Assembly (NCBI GenBank): GCA_964016885.1
Contig: OZ024741.1
Span: forward strand, 313,100,001-313,164,000
From: Eledone cirrhosa
Taxonomy: Eukaryota
Reading direction: 5' to 3'
DNA length: 64,000 nt
Below, in pieces: positions 14,928 to 28,790 of the stretch. Position numbers and translations under genes: made by a program. The notes under the pieces are model-generated. The model was not told the DNA's origin, made no database searches, and saw nothing but the letters and a program-made list of their open reading frames with translations. The first letter of the stretch is position 1. Each line of letters opens with the position of its first letter.

Positions 14928-15513
14928 CAGGTCACCAGTTGGGGCTACTGGTAACATGTATCCCAGTACAAACTGTCTCATGGTCGGGTCGTTGGCGACT
15001 AAACTGGCAACTCCACCAAGGTTTCTTGGACATCCTGCAGGACTAAAAACAAAACCTGTCAAAGGGCAAATGAGCTCTTAAGAGTCAATGGCCACCCAAA
15101 ATCACCGGGAGAGATGAGCACTCAGCCTTTGTCAAGGCAGAATTCTAGGAGAAGGAAAACTCTGATATAACACCTGCAACCCTGATGGTATCCAATGATG
15201 TTGACTTGTTATTCTTTTTGGTAAATATCATCTTGGTTAAGAGAGAGGGACTGGCTTTGTGCAGTGCCTTTGCTCACTATAAAAGCTTCACGGCACAGGC
15301 ATTGCTTTATATCTGGAGATCTCTCTGCACTTGTCGTTACATGGTACTATGGGCCCAGTACGATGTGCCAATAATTGTCACAGCTGTAGTGTTTGTACCA
15401 GAGTGTTCAAGTCTTGGCTGGACTAAAATGCCACACTCGTTCAGCGCATCGGTAGGGGTTTTCCTACATGAATATAAAGTAGTGGCTTACTCGAAAACGA
15501 GTTGGCAGCCACC
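14928..15513. mobile_element. Probable RTE UTR-derived insertion
   Basis: Absent from paralogous introns; motifs gagtcaatggccacc and ctaggagaaggaaaactctg resemble RTE 5' UTRs (recognition only). Confidence 0.45.
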
Positions 15514-15882
15514 ATATATATACAGTATGTATTATATATATATCTATGTGTGTGCGTCTATGTGTGTTTATTTAAATGTGAGAATGTCGCAATTACATAT
15601 CGTCGTAACTGTTAGAATATGGTAAGATTTGGAAGGATTATATATGTTATTATTATTATAATATTGTTTGTTTCTTTCAGAATGTTTCCAACAATGCATT
15701 TAACTGAACTAAAATTCCATGTATATTTTATAGAAGATCGATATAATATTCAATAAATATACAAGTTTATTTGTTAATCACAAGACCACTCTAATCTTAA
15801 GATTTGGTATACAATTGTATCATTGATATCTGTATGTAATTAATGATATCTTCAACATTATCATGTATATTGTTATTTTCAG

Positions 15883-16017
15883 AATGCCGAGTAGGAAAGT
15901 TTGGTTTTGCTTGTAATGAGACATGCCATTGTATAAACAACACTAACTGTGACAAGCGAAATGGTAGATGTTCAGATGGATGTTCTGAAGGTTATATGGG
16001 TGACAATTGCCAAGAAG
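15883..16017 (+). CDS. EGF-like repeat exon, phase 1-1
   Basis: ttttcag acceptor, 135 nt, AAG|GTATCT donor; ECRVGKFGFACNETCHCINNTNCDKRNGRCSDGCSEGYMGDNCQE. Confidence 0.9.
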
Positions 16018-16141
16018 GTATCTCATAAAATTGTTACGTACTTATTATGCACACATACACAAAAAAAAAACATGCACATATATACATATATATATATATA
16101 ATTGTGTGTGCGGGTGTGTGTGTGCGTGTGTGTGGATTTGA

Positions 16142-16211
<70 letters not shown>

Positions 16212-16544
16212 ATGATGTTTAATATAGAAATCGCTTCTAATGAACTAGAATAGTTTCATCGAAAGAAATCATCAGTAAACGACTTTCCTGGTTATTACTT
16301 TTGAAAGAAATAGTTCTAGTACTGTAGAAGCTATGTCTATATTAAACGTGATATACCCTGTAATTATTTATTAATATTATACCTAAGCATATCGCATATT
16401 GCTAGATATCCAAACTACACATACTTATATGCATAATGCTATGTTAGAACCACCATTTTAATTTTCTCTCACTCTATCTTTGTCTCTGAGTCTCTGAGTC
16501 TCTCACTCTCTCTCTCTATATATATCTATATATCTATATATATC

Positions 16545-16679
<135 letters not shown>

Positions 16680-17320
16680 CGCTGAGATACAACCGGTTCT
16701 GGCATTGTTAAATATGGTGGGTCCATCAACCTTATTATTATTATCTCCCAACGAGCGGAATATTGAGAGTAAGTTAAACAAATTTTGACTTTTTATTGTG
16801 TTTTTGTTTTGATATGCACTCTTATTCCTGCTACTAATCTTGTCTCTCACTCTTTTAAGTTGTGAATTAGACTAGTTATCTAGCACGTGCCTGATACATT
16901 TGAGCTCGCTACTATATTGTTATATAATGGATGATCGCATTTAAAGTCCGTTAAAGGTTCTTGGCACTACCATTGTTACAATCGCTTTCCTCTAGCTATG
17001 GAGCTTGGAGACATGAACCGAATGCTTGCATTCTATTTTATATCAATGTGAACTGCTATTTCTAATAGCCATCTTTTCACCCCTTGATAATTTGTGTGTG
17101 AGACACGTTGGCCGAATGCTTCTGACAGGAACTAAAAGATTGATTCTTTTTAGCTTCACGTCTCCACGTAAAATTTGTAAATCAGTGGCTAGTTGAGAGA
17201 TAAAGTCCTATCGGTTGCCAGTTGCTAATCGTTTTACCGTGTCGGTTGTCACAGACAGTCATGACCGGCATGGACCGGGGTTTGGATTCTGTCGATCGAT
17301 TGGTTATTGATTAGGCGATA

Positions 17321-17430
17321 CCCGCTGATGTAGCCGCATAAGCCGATTGTGCATCATTGCATAATATATGCAGACAGATTGTGGAGTGCACCTTACTGCT
17401 GCATTAGTGCGGCAGAAACTCGAGTCCGGG
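17321..17430 (+). ncRNA. Hammerhead motif with ~70-nt stem II insertion
   Basis: cccg-CTGATGta-GCCGCA...TGCGGC-a-GAAA-CTCGAG-TC-cggg; palindromic stem III, GUC triplet; A9 position non-canonical. Confidence 0.7.
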
Positions 17431-17575
17431 AACCTTATAGGCACCCATTTTACGTGTGTTGTGTTGAGGCAAATAACTATGTGTATACTCTGGTAATGTA
17501 TCTCACATTGCCCATTGAGTGCGCTGAGATACAACCGGTACTGGCATTGTTAAATATGCTGGGTCCGTCAACCCT

Positions 17576-17605
<30 letters not shown>

Positions 17606-17609
<4 letters not shown>

Positions 17610-17895
17610 TTTCTGAATTTGTTTAGCAAGATTCTTTATCTGACAACGTGTGTTGAAACCTATATTGTTATGCTTTGGGAGGGTCATGTTGCCAATAAGA
17701 TACACACGAACCAGTTGCTTTCACTCCAATTTATTATAAATGAAATTTATAAATTTAAGAATTTATAAATTTGCGGTTGGTTGGTTGGTTCCATTAACGG
17801 ACGGTTGTTCATATATTGTCAAAGTTCTTTCGTCACACATTATGTGACCTCTTGAGTGACTGGGGATTATTCTCTTTGTTTTTGCGCCTCTCCTT
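17606..17895 (-). mobile_element. Solo pLTR of the 53865-57645 PLE family
   Basis: Matches the reverse complement of 57360-57645. Confidence 0.8.
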
Positions 17896-17904
17896 ATATA
17901 CACA

Positions 17905-17998
<94 letters not shown>

Positions 17999-18571
17999 TA
18001 AATTAATTCATATACATATACCGTATATGCCGGTGTAAAAGTTGATCTGCTGCATCAAATTCTCAGGTGTAATTCAGGTGTAGGCCTATATACGCCGGTT
18101 GAGACGACACCCCAGGCATAAGGCATTGCCATCTTCCCAGCTGTAGATATGCTTCCCGTTGTTTATTTGCACAAAATATAAAACATGGAAATAAACACTA
18201 AATAGATGTGAAATAAATAAGCATGTAAAACGTACAATCTGTAAAATTTATTTTTCAGTTAAGAAAATGATTTAACTGAACTGTTTTGTTAGTAAACAAC
18301 ATACTACCACACCGTAATTTGATACGCCGTAATTGTAAAAACCTAAATATTCCTTTTCTTCTATATATCAGTATTACACAGCGATATATTTTTACTTTCG
18401 GCCTGTTTTGTTTTGTGGCGAATTTACGGTAGTTTTCCCGGTACTTTAATAATTCAGTGAATCTGTATACCATTAATATTATAACTATAATATTAATACT
18501 AATATTGGATATATATATCGTCACAAAATAAAACAGGCCAAAAGTAAAAATATATCACCATGTAATACATA

Positions 18572-18652
<81 letters not shown>

Positions 18653-19450
18653 TATGTATGTTCTTCTGGTTTTATAATTTCACAATTTTTTTTCCAATAG
18701 AGAGAGAGAGTCGGTTTCTAACCTAGATACAAAATTCTGTCATTGGAATTTACAAAACATCAACTAGGTAGATTATGTATGCATGCATGCATGTGTAGAT
18801 ATCGACGTTATTGGATGTGTGGATGTGAATGTTTTCAGTTGTATGTGTGCATGTATATATGCTTTGTATCCGTACATGTGTATATGCAGTTATTAGATGC
18901 AACATTTTTGGAATGCTTTACATATTTTTACTATTCCATTAATGGATTGTACTTGTAATTTCCAAAATAGTTGTGTTATTTCTGTTCCTGCAAAGCATAG
19001 CTTCTCAATATTTGTATTGAGGTACATACCCCAGTGCCCCAATAATCACAGGCATGAATCTGAAGGTGTAATCAAGGTGGAGTATCTGCAGATTTCTCAT
19101 CAGTTCTGCATAAATATTCACCTTTACGCAAATCTTTCATATTATGTATGTATGTATGTATGTATGTATGTATGCATGTATGTATGTATGTATGTATGTA
19201 TGTATGTATGTATGTATGTATGGGCGGAAGAAATCATAAGAGTGAACGGCCATCCAAAACTGTGTAAATATGTATATACACATGTACATATGTGTATGTA
19301 GCCGAACGCGCTGTTAAACCACTGAGAGTGAAGGTCCCCTAGCAAGTACTTTCATGCTTTCGCAATCTTCAGGTTCATAATGTGTGGTGACAGTCAAGTT
19401 TGCAATTGTCGACAGTTGAAAAGTACAAACTTGACTGTCACCACATATTA

Positions 19451-19489
19451 TGAACCTGAAGATTGCGAAAGCATGAAAGTACTTCTTCA
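19451..19489 (+). ncRNA. Hammerhead motif in a fold-back (19344-19484; inverted copy on the - strand)
   Basis: tgaac-CTGAAGA-tTGCgaaaGCAt-GAAA-GTAC-TT-cttca. Confidence 0.65.
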
Positions 19490-19619
19490 ATTAACACTTA
19501 ACATTTAATATTCTATCATACTATTTCATTATAATACCATTATAAATTTTAAAGGATTGTAAATAAAACGAGTAAATCAGACAAAGTTGGAATACCTCTT
19601 ATTAATATAATCTTCTATA

Positions 19620-22600
19620 CACAATCATATACACCCGTGTATATTTATCTATCTCAAAAACCAACAACCACACCACCACCACCACCACAACAACAACAAC
19701 ATCAAACACGTGAAAAAATAACACAGAATACTGTCCCACCCAATCCCTCCCCACCCAAAACAAATACAAAAACACACACACCGCAAACACTACCAGAAAA
19801 CATACCCCTCCCACCCAACAAGGAAGACGAACCCCTTTCGTCGCAAGACGAAAAAGATCCCTTCCAACAAGTAAAAAGAAAGAAGAGGAGACGCACCACA
19901 GACACACATGTTAACTTTAACCCCCCCCCCCCCCAAGAGAACACAAACTACACACAAACCACCCCTCCCTGTCACACAACACTAACTGCTACACAAAAAA
20001 AGACCTTACAATACACATACATGAACACAGACAACAAAGAATTACGGAAAACAATTTCAGCAAACCCTTCGGTCCAAACTGAAGGGCCAAACTTTATAAC
20101 TGCTGTGGGACTACCTCATTTAAAGATGATAAAAGTCCCAATGAACTTGTACAAAACACTGAAAATAAATTTCACGGAGGACGTGCCCCCCCCCCCCCCC
20201 CGCGTCAAACCAATCAACCGCGTCCTCCTAAAAAATGTCACCCCCCACCCCACCCAGACACCCACTCAACCACAAACACCCCAACCCCACAACACACCGA
20301 TGCCCCTCCACTTCCACAAACCACCACCCCACCCAACAACCCATCCACAACCAGCATGGAAATTGAGCGGCCCGTTTCCCGGGACGCAGAGAGGTAAGTG
20401 CCTTTTCTCCATACCACCAACATGGCTGTGCTAAGAGTAGGGTGTCTAAATGCGCGTGGCCTGGGCTCGTCTTGGAAGCAAGCAATGCTTCTAAATGACC
20501 TCAGGTCACAATCTATAAATGTGATGGTTATCTGCGAGGCCCGGATCAGCAGCATGCGACAGCTAGCCCCCACCTTTGACGACTTTGAGATGCACGCATC
20601 TCTCTGTCAGCCCGGAGGTGGGGGTGGGGTTGTCGTTCTGCTGCAAAAACATATGGGCCTTGCAACACAGATAGTTCACTTGGACCCAGGGTCGACTGGT
20701 GGTGCTGGACCTTGGCAGTGGTGAAGGTGGAGCCTTTAGGCTGGTAGCCGCATATGCCCCTTTTGGGACAGAGCGGGCCGACTTTTTCCAGCGTCTGGAG
20801 TCTTTTCTAGGGACGTCCCGTTCCCTGCTTTTAGTGGGGGATTGGAATGGTATCCTGGATGCACGTTGGGACTATGCAGGGGCATGTCCCGATAGAGAGG
20901 GGTGCAACAGCCTCAAGGGGTTACTCGGCCGATTTGACCTGGCCGATAGATTTCGACTAGATTTTCCGACGGTGCCAACCTGGTCTTGGTCAAATCGCAG
21001 CGGATCATCTAGGTCGTACCTAGATAGATTTTTAGTTAGAAATAAGGACAGGGACTTTTTAAGTTGTCCAGAAATGCTCATGGTTGGCTATTGAGACCAC
21101 AAGTTGGTGACCTGCATGGTCAACCTTGATAGAACGCATAGACAGGGCCCCGGTTACTGGAAGCTCAACTAGTCCTTGCCGGCAAGTAGAGCCTACGGGG
21201 ATCGGATTAGTACGTTAGTTAAGGAACGATTGACTGGAGCGATCGTCAACAGCAGGTGATGGGTATCTTTAAAGAGAGAGATTAGAGTAGTCTCGACAGA
21301 ATTTAGTAAGGTTCTAGCTGCGGATAGGAATAGGAAGGAAAGGGAGCTAATAGATAGAGTAGAAGAGGCAATTAGAAGCGGCCACGTGGCCAGAGTGCTA
21401 GCGTCGAGAACGGCTTTGAGCCAGTTTTTCGACCCGAAGCACGAAGGCTGCGTTGTCCGAAGTAAAATACGTGCTCTAGGGAACGAGGGGTCCAAAGCTG
21501 TTGGCTGGGCCCGCGTGACAGAGGCCAACAGTGGAACTAAATCCACTATCCGGTCTTTGCGAGACCTGGATGGACGGGCGATTCTTGAGCCTAAGCAGAT
21601 GTGTGAGTCCTTTCAAAGGCACTGTGCCCGACTGTTCTGGAGGGGCGGGGAGCCGGTTGGGAATGTGGACTTCGGTCCATACCTCGACGGCCTGCCGCGT
21701 CTCTCGGACAGGGAGGCGAAGTCCTGCGAGGAGCCGATTTCGGCCGCTGAGATAGAGGACGTGCTGGGCCAATGCGGCAAACGCAAATCCCCGGGTCTCG
21801 AAGGTCTTCCTTACGAATTATATCTAGCTATGCCGGACTTGTTCCCCGAGCTCCTCGAGGCGGTCTACTGCAACTGGCAACAGAACGGGAGAATTCCCTG
21901 TACAGTGACCAAGGGCGTAGTCACGCTAGTGAGGAAGGACGAGAACAAGGGTGACGAAATAAGTAACTTCAGGCCCATAACTCTGCTAAATACAGAGTTA
22001 CAGATTTTGGCCAAGGTGCTAGCAAAGAGGTTGGCGCTTGTCGTGGGCAACCTGGTGGGAGATGCGCAGACATGCGCTATCCCGTCCAGGTCCATCCATG
22101 ACAACCTCCACCTCATGCGATACATCATAGAGAGGGTTGGGAACGAACCCGGCTTTGGTGGGGCTCTGATCAACTTGGATCAATCTAAGGCGTTCTATAG
22201 GGTCGACCATGGTTACCTGGGTGCGGTGCTAGCGGCGGCAGGCTTCGGACCCGTTTTCAGGGGCTGGATCACTGCTATGCACAGCAGCCGCATCTGCTCT
22301 CGGGTCAAGGTGAACGGCTACCTCTCGGAGCCGTTCAAAATCTCGCGGTCCATCCGACAAGGGTGCCCTCTCTCCTCCCTTCTGTATGTGTTGACTCTCG
22401 AGCCACTACTGCGGAAGTTGGAGTTGTTGCAGGGAATCCCTTTGGAACCGGGATTGCGGAAAGCGGTGTCGGCCTACGCCGATGACGTGACAGTAATGGT
22501 GTCGACGGCCTCCGAAATCGAGGCGGTCGGCACCTTACTGGAGGAGTACGAAAGGTTCAACGGGGCTAAGCTGAACCGGGACAAGTCGATCGGTTTGCAA

Positions 22601-24176
22601 CTCGGCACGTGGAGAGGCAAACCGATGCCTCCCGACGGTGTCGTTGGACACTGGACGGAGGGCCCGGTAAAGTTGCTTGGGGTCTGGTTCGGACCGGACC
22701 TCCAGGTGGAGAAAAACTGGGCGGAGGTTACGAACAGGGTGTTTGCACTGACCCAGAAGTGGGCCAGTTGCAAACTATCCCTGAAAGGTCGGGCGGAGGT
22801 GGCGAACACCTATATAGCGTCCGTCATCTACTACCGCCTGACCGTAGTGCTCTGCCCAAGGGAAACCCTCACCAAGATGGAGCGCGCGCTCTTCCAATTC
22901 CTTTGGAAGAGGCGGGCTCCTATGGTGAGGAGATCCATCTGTTGTCAACGCCCTTCGAAAGGAGGGCTGGGGATGCCGTGGCTAATGATGCGTAAACACG
23001 CATTAAGGCTACGGCATCTCTACGTATTCCTCACCGGTCAACCGGTGTGGGCCTCGTTCGTGAGACGAACCTTTCCCAGACTCGTCTCACTCACCGAGCT
23101 GCAATCCTGGGTCAAGCAAAGACCGAGAAAACTGGGCGCCTGGCACACTGAGTGTGCCCAGGCGCTCACCGCCCTCTGGCAGGCGGATCCGGTTATCAGT
23201 GGAGACTCCACCGCAACATTCTATAGAGGGCTGGTACGAAGCAGGTGCGACGACGCCCTCGGAGAAGCCCTAGACATGGAGGAGGACGAACTGGCCAGCC
23301 TTTTCGGTAGGACATTCAGCCCAGGACCTATGGACAACTTCCAGAAGTCCCTGGCCTGGCAGTGCTACCGAGGGGCTCTACCCATTCGAGAAAAGCTCTA
23401 CAGACACGGGCGCCCGGGTAGGGACCCCGCTAAAAAGATCTGTCCCAGATGCGTGTGCGACGAGGAAACCGTTGCACACGCATTGGTACACTGCTCGGGC
23501 GTAGCCGATCTGTGGGGCTATGTCTAACAACTGCTGTCAAAGGTGGGACCGATCCGGTTGACCATCGAGTCTATTGTAATAATCAAGCCGCCTCCCCCCT
23601 TCAAAGATGAAGGAGAGGCGGTGTTTCTGTGCGTAATAGCCATGGTGAAAGAATTTGTATGGTGGACGCGTCTGAAAGGACTGAGGTCAGGCACCTTTCT
23701 CTCTGGCCAACAACTGGTCCGTTTCTTCCGATATCATTTCGGAAGAAGGATCAGGATGGAGAGAGAGGTGCTCCACCCCAGTCGTTTTTATGAAAGGTGG
23801 GTGAAAGTGGCGAGAATGGCCCGTGTGAATGGGCCTTCTCTTTACATAAGCCTGTAGGTGGAAAAGAGGAAGGAACGAGGGAGCACCCCCTCTCTGTGCT
23901 CATGAGGAAAAGGGTTGCACACTTTTTTCGGGGGTGTGTGCGACCCCCCAAGGCGCCTTCTCTCTATTGAGGATTTTGTTATAAATTTTATTTTTTGTTA
24001 TATTTTATAACAAAATCCTCTATTGAGGATTTTGTTATAATTCTATTTTTTGTTATATTTTATTTTATTTTTATATATTGTTATTGCCTCCTCCCTATTG
24101 AGGACGCCTTATTTTGTAAACTCCCCCCATTGTACTTGTCCCACTTTTGATGCCCTGGTGGCAAATAAAAGAAACA
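19620..24176 (+). mobile_element. L1-Tx1 clade LINE, degenerate (ORF2 APE+RT+Zn 20422-23857)
   Basis: APE motifs LNARG, GDWN, YLDRF, DH; RT motifs FRPITLLN, QGCPLS, YADD; C-terminal CPRC..ETVAHALVHC; frameshift ~20690, stops at 21092, ~21170, ~21258, 23525; AATAAA then (TCTA/TA)n. Confidence 0.92.
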
Positions 24177-24195
24177 TATCTATCTATATATATAT

Positions 24196-27135
24196 AATCT
24201 AGCTGTCGTCTGTTCTACAGTGTGGATGTAATTCACTTCGCGCAGAAGTTTTGTTCAAATTTATTGCGGAAATTTTGTGAGTTCAAATTTAATTTTGATA
24301 CTATTGTGTAGCTTGACCCCCCGTTTGAACTGTCAGGCGGTGTGTCAGCTCATCTTTACCCCTCCTAGAGGTGAAAAACCTGTATTAAAAATGTTGTGGC
24401 AAAAAAATTTCAATCGTCTGACAGAAATGTTAAACGAAGCGAACGAAAATAGTGGTGGGGGGACAGCGGTAAGAGTTGTAAGCTCGCACGATTTAGTCCC
24501 CCCTTCCTTCCCAACTAACGTCATAGAGAAGGAAGGAAAAATTAAAATAAAAACAGACGAATCTGCGGAGGAAAATGACGAAAACACAAATCTGGACATG
24601 GATTCCAACAACGAAAAAAAAAAAAATTGAAAAATTGCATGACAATACTAATACCACAAACAAACACACAACAAACACAAAAATAACATTTGAAAATAAC
24701 ACCATAACAGAAAGCAAAGCAGACGACAGAGTCAAGATTTCATTTGCACAAACAACAAAGAAATCTTTGACATATATACCCGAAAATATTTCAGATGTGG
24801 CACGAAGAATCACAGACGCCAAACAATACATAAGTGAAGGAGAGAATGGTATTTTATCGGTAACAATGCCCCAAGAACACACCAAAGATATTGAAAGTCG
24901 AACGGTCGTGTTCCGCACCATCAACAACACTTCAAAAAAACCTGAACAGCCTTCTCAAGCAGATATCAAAACAGTACTCACAGAAGTACTTAATGAAACC
25001 ACTTTCATAAAAAAGACAGACTGTATAAATAATTTCGGCCCATAACGCTGCTAAACACAGAGTTAAAGATTTTGGCCAAGGTGTTAGCAAAGAGGTTGGC
25101 GCTTGTCGTGGGTGGCCTGGTGGGAGATGCGCAGACATGTGCTATCCCATCCAGGTCCATTCACGATAACCTCCACCTCATGCGATACATCATAGAGAGG
25201 GTTGGCAACAAACCCGGCTTCGGTGGGGCCCTGATCAACTTAGATCAGTCTAAGGCCTTCGATAGGGTCGACCATGGTTACCTGGATGCGGTGCTAGCGG
25301 CGGCTGGGTTCGGTCCTGTTTTCAGAGGCTGGATCACTGCCTTATATAGCAACCACATCTGTTCCAGGATCAAGGTGAACGGCTACCTTTCGAAGCCGTT
25401 CGAAATCACACGATCCATTCGACAGGGGTGCCCTCTCTCCTCCCTTCTGTACGTATTGACTCTCGAGCCTTTACTGAGGAAGTTGGAGTTGTTGCAGGGT
25501 ATCCCCCTGGAACCAGGATTGAGCAAAGCGGTGTCGGCCTACGCCGATGACGTAACAGTAATGGTATCGACCGACTCGGAGATCGAGGCGATCGGTACCT
25601 TACTGGAGGATTACGAAAGGTTGTCAGGAGCGAAACTGAACCGGGAAAAATCCATCGGACTGCAACTCGGAACGTGGAGAGGCAAACCGATGCCTCCCGA
25701 GGGTGTCGTTGGACACTGGACGGAGGGCCCGGTAAAGTTGCTTGGGGTCTGGTTTGGACCGGACCTCCAGGTGGAAAAGAACTGGAACGAGGTTACGAAC
25801 AAGGTGTTTGCACTAACCCAGAAATGGGCCAAGTGTAAGCTGTCCCTAAAAGGGCGGGCGGAGGTGGCGAACATTTTCATAGCGTCCGTCACTTACTACC
25901 GCCTGACTGTCGTGCCTTGCCCTAAGGAAACACTCACCACCATGGAACGCATGCTCTTCCAATTTCTTTGGAAGAGCGCCCTCCTATGGTGAGAAGATCC
26001 ATCTGCTGCCAACAATCTTCGAAAGGAGGGCTGGGGACGCCGTGGTTGATGATGTGTAGACACGCATTAAGGCTACGGCACCTACAGGTATTCCTCACTG
26101 GTCAACCGGTGTGGGCTCCGTTCGTGAAACGAGCCTTTCCGAGACTCGTCTCGCTCACCCAGCTACAGTCCTGTGTCAAGCAAAGATCCGGAAAACTGGG
26201 AGACTGGCACACTGAGTGTGCTCAGGCGCTCAGGGCTCTCTGGCAAGCGGGCCAGGCCATCGGTGGAGAATCCACCTCATCATTCTATAGAGGGCTGGTG
26301 GCTAGCAGGGGCGATGACACCCTTGGAGAGTCGCTGGACATGGAAGAAGACGAACTGGCCAGCCTGTTCGGTAGGACTTTCGGCCCAGGACCAATGGACA
26401 ACTTCCAGAAGTCACTGGCCTGGCAGTGCTACCGAGGGGCTCTACCCGTTCGAGAGAGGCTCTACAGACACGGGCGCCCGGGCAGGGATCCCTCAAAAAA
26501 GATTTGCCCTAGATGCGTGCGTCACGAAGAAACCGTTGCGCACGCATTGGTGCAATGTCCGGGCGTGGCTGATCTGTGGGGCTACGCCGAACGACTGCTG
26601 TCGCGGGTGGCGCCGATTCAATTGACCGCCGAGTCCGTGATGACAATCAAACCGCCTCCCCTCTTCACAAAGGAAGCAAAGGCGGTTTTTCTGTGCGTAA
26701 TATCCATGTTGAAAGAGGTTGTTTGGTGGACACGATTGAAAGGTCTGAGGTCAGGCGACTTCCTCTCTGGCCATAGTCTGGTCTACTTCTTCCGATATCA
26801 CTTCGGAAGAAGGATAAGAATGGAGAGAGAGGTGCTTGGCCACAGGCAGTTTTATGAAAGGTGGGTGATAGTGGCGAGAATGGCTCGTGTAAATGGGCCT
26901 TCTCTGTATACCATCCTGTAGGTAAAGAAGTAAAGGAGAGGGGAGCACCTTCTCCATGTGCTCCCCGGGCAAAGGATTGCACACTTTTTCGGGGGTGTGT
27001 GCAACCCCGCTCACGTCCCCTCCCTTTTGAGGTTATTTTCGATTATTTTCATTTTATACCCTTTTTACTCGATTGTATGTAAACTCCCCCTTTGTATTTG
27101 TCCCTTCTTTTATGCCTTTATGGTAAATAAAGAAA
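24196..27135 (+). mobile_element. Second L1-Tx1 LINE, internally deleted (5'UTR/ORF1 start fused to RT)
   Basis: RT 25030-26921 homologous to 21960-23857 (DQSKAFDRVDH, QGCPLS, YADD); frameshift ~25975; similar 3' end. Confidence 0.9.
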
Positions 27136-27147
27136 TATATCTATCTA

Positions 27148-27205
<58 letters not shown>

Positions 27206-28051
27206 TGACCACTGTCTTGATAGCGACTTGAGTCAGGAACGAAGATCGTCGAGATTCCCCCGCTCTTACATCTGCTGGAATCCGCTAGATGGCTCTTTTT
27301 TTATCAGTCTCCATACATAGCTAAGGGTATTCATTTATTTATTATTATCCCCAACCGATGAACCGCCCCTCGGGCGGCTTTCTGCTAGTATATATAGTTT
27401 ACATATTGATATACGTAAATTGATAATATGCACATAAATTGAAGAAAGACTGTGTTACACTTATTTATGTAATCAGTAATGTAATCCATGATACATTTGA
27501 AAAAAAATGCGATAATGGAGATGGAAAAGCGATTAAACTGTTGACGGAAAATGTTCATGAATCTTTACTTGAGAATGTCAATAGGAAGCTTCAAGCTGTG
27601 TATTTGAAAATAGATGCTGCTGGTATTAATGAATGAATTACATTTACCTACATGAAGAGTTGACCTTCGCATATAGATTTCTTAAGTTTTTGTAGTGTCC
27701 TTTTTCTAACAATTAAAAATAAACTGAAATTCATTTCAGCTAAAAGAGAGTGATGTTTGTTTCAAATGACTGTAGAATTTCTTTGTAGTCACAGCTGTCA
27801 GCACACAGACCCTTTTCATTTAATATTTTTGTATTTTTTTTTTTGTAACTCGTGATAATGCAACATGCATCTGACACGTCTATTGATTTCGGAGCATGTT
27901 CCGAAATCAATAGACGTGTCCGAGGACCCTGCAGGTTTACAGTCAGGTCGATCCACAGACTCACCGCATCTCGAGCTGTTCGCCGGGGAAACAATTGTAA
28001 CACAATAAATAAATAAATTGAGTTCCGATGCATCACTGGTTTATCATTTTC

Positions 28052-28159
<108 letters not shown>

Positions 28160-28279
28160 AATTGAGTTTGAATTATTTTCCCATATCTTACGTTAACTAT
28201 TTTTCCAGTTTGACGCTATAGTCACTTATATATTATGGAATACTGTTGGCTTCTTGCTACAATAATCTCTATACTTTTC

Positions 28280-28339
<60 letters not shown>

Positions 28340-28341
<2 letters not shown>

Positions 28342-28725
28342 ATGTAAAGGGTAAAGAGAAATAACAACACAATCGGTATAGTATATGGAAAGGATATTTT
28401 ATGTTAACGCTTGATATAGTAGGAAGAGCGTCTTAACATTTCGGAAGCTAGTCCTTCATCAGAAAACAAAGAATGAGAAATAAGATAGATTGAGGGGACG
28501 GGTGTGTTGGAATTGGAAAAGATATATTTAGATAAAAATTAACAGGTCCATTCATTCTGACATCTCTTCCAAAACTATTGGTGCTGGCGTTTTGTGCATG
28601 ATTTATTCTTTAGAATAGTGGATGATGGAGCGCGTCTAGCTAAAATGAAAAAAAAACGTTTTTTAAAAAAGAGCTATACTTGTGCACGTGCGTGTGTATG
28701 TGTGTATGTGTGTGTGTATGTGTGT

Positions 28726-28790
<65 letters not shown>

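Larger units (their letters stand above)
14160..16490 (+). repeat. Copy of duplicated exon+intron unit (paralogous blocks at ~18020-18960, 30950-31470, 44150-47290, 47900-51410, 57690-60460)
   Basis: Shared intron blocks (ttgtttatttgcatggaatataaaacatgg; ttaaatgtaagaatgtcgcaattac; gtaaatatgatgtttaatatagaaatcgc) in the same order around the EGF exons. Confidence 0.85.

Noticed and set aside
14928-15180. HDV-like ribozyme in a putative RTE 5' UTR
   Set aside because: Could not assemble the nested double pseudoknot by eye
19637-20434. 265-aa P/T/Q-rich ORF as a host gene
   Set aside because: Low complexity, directly upstream of LINE ORF2; likely ORF1 debris
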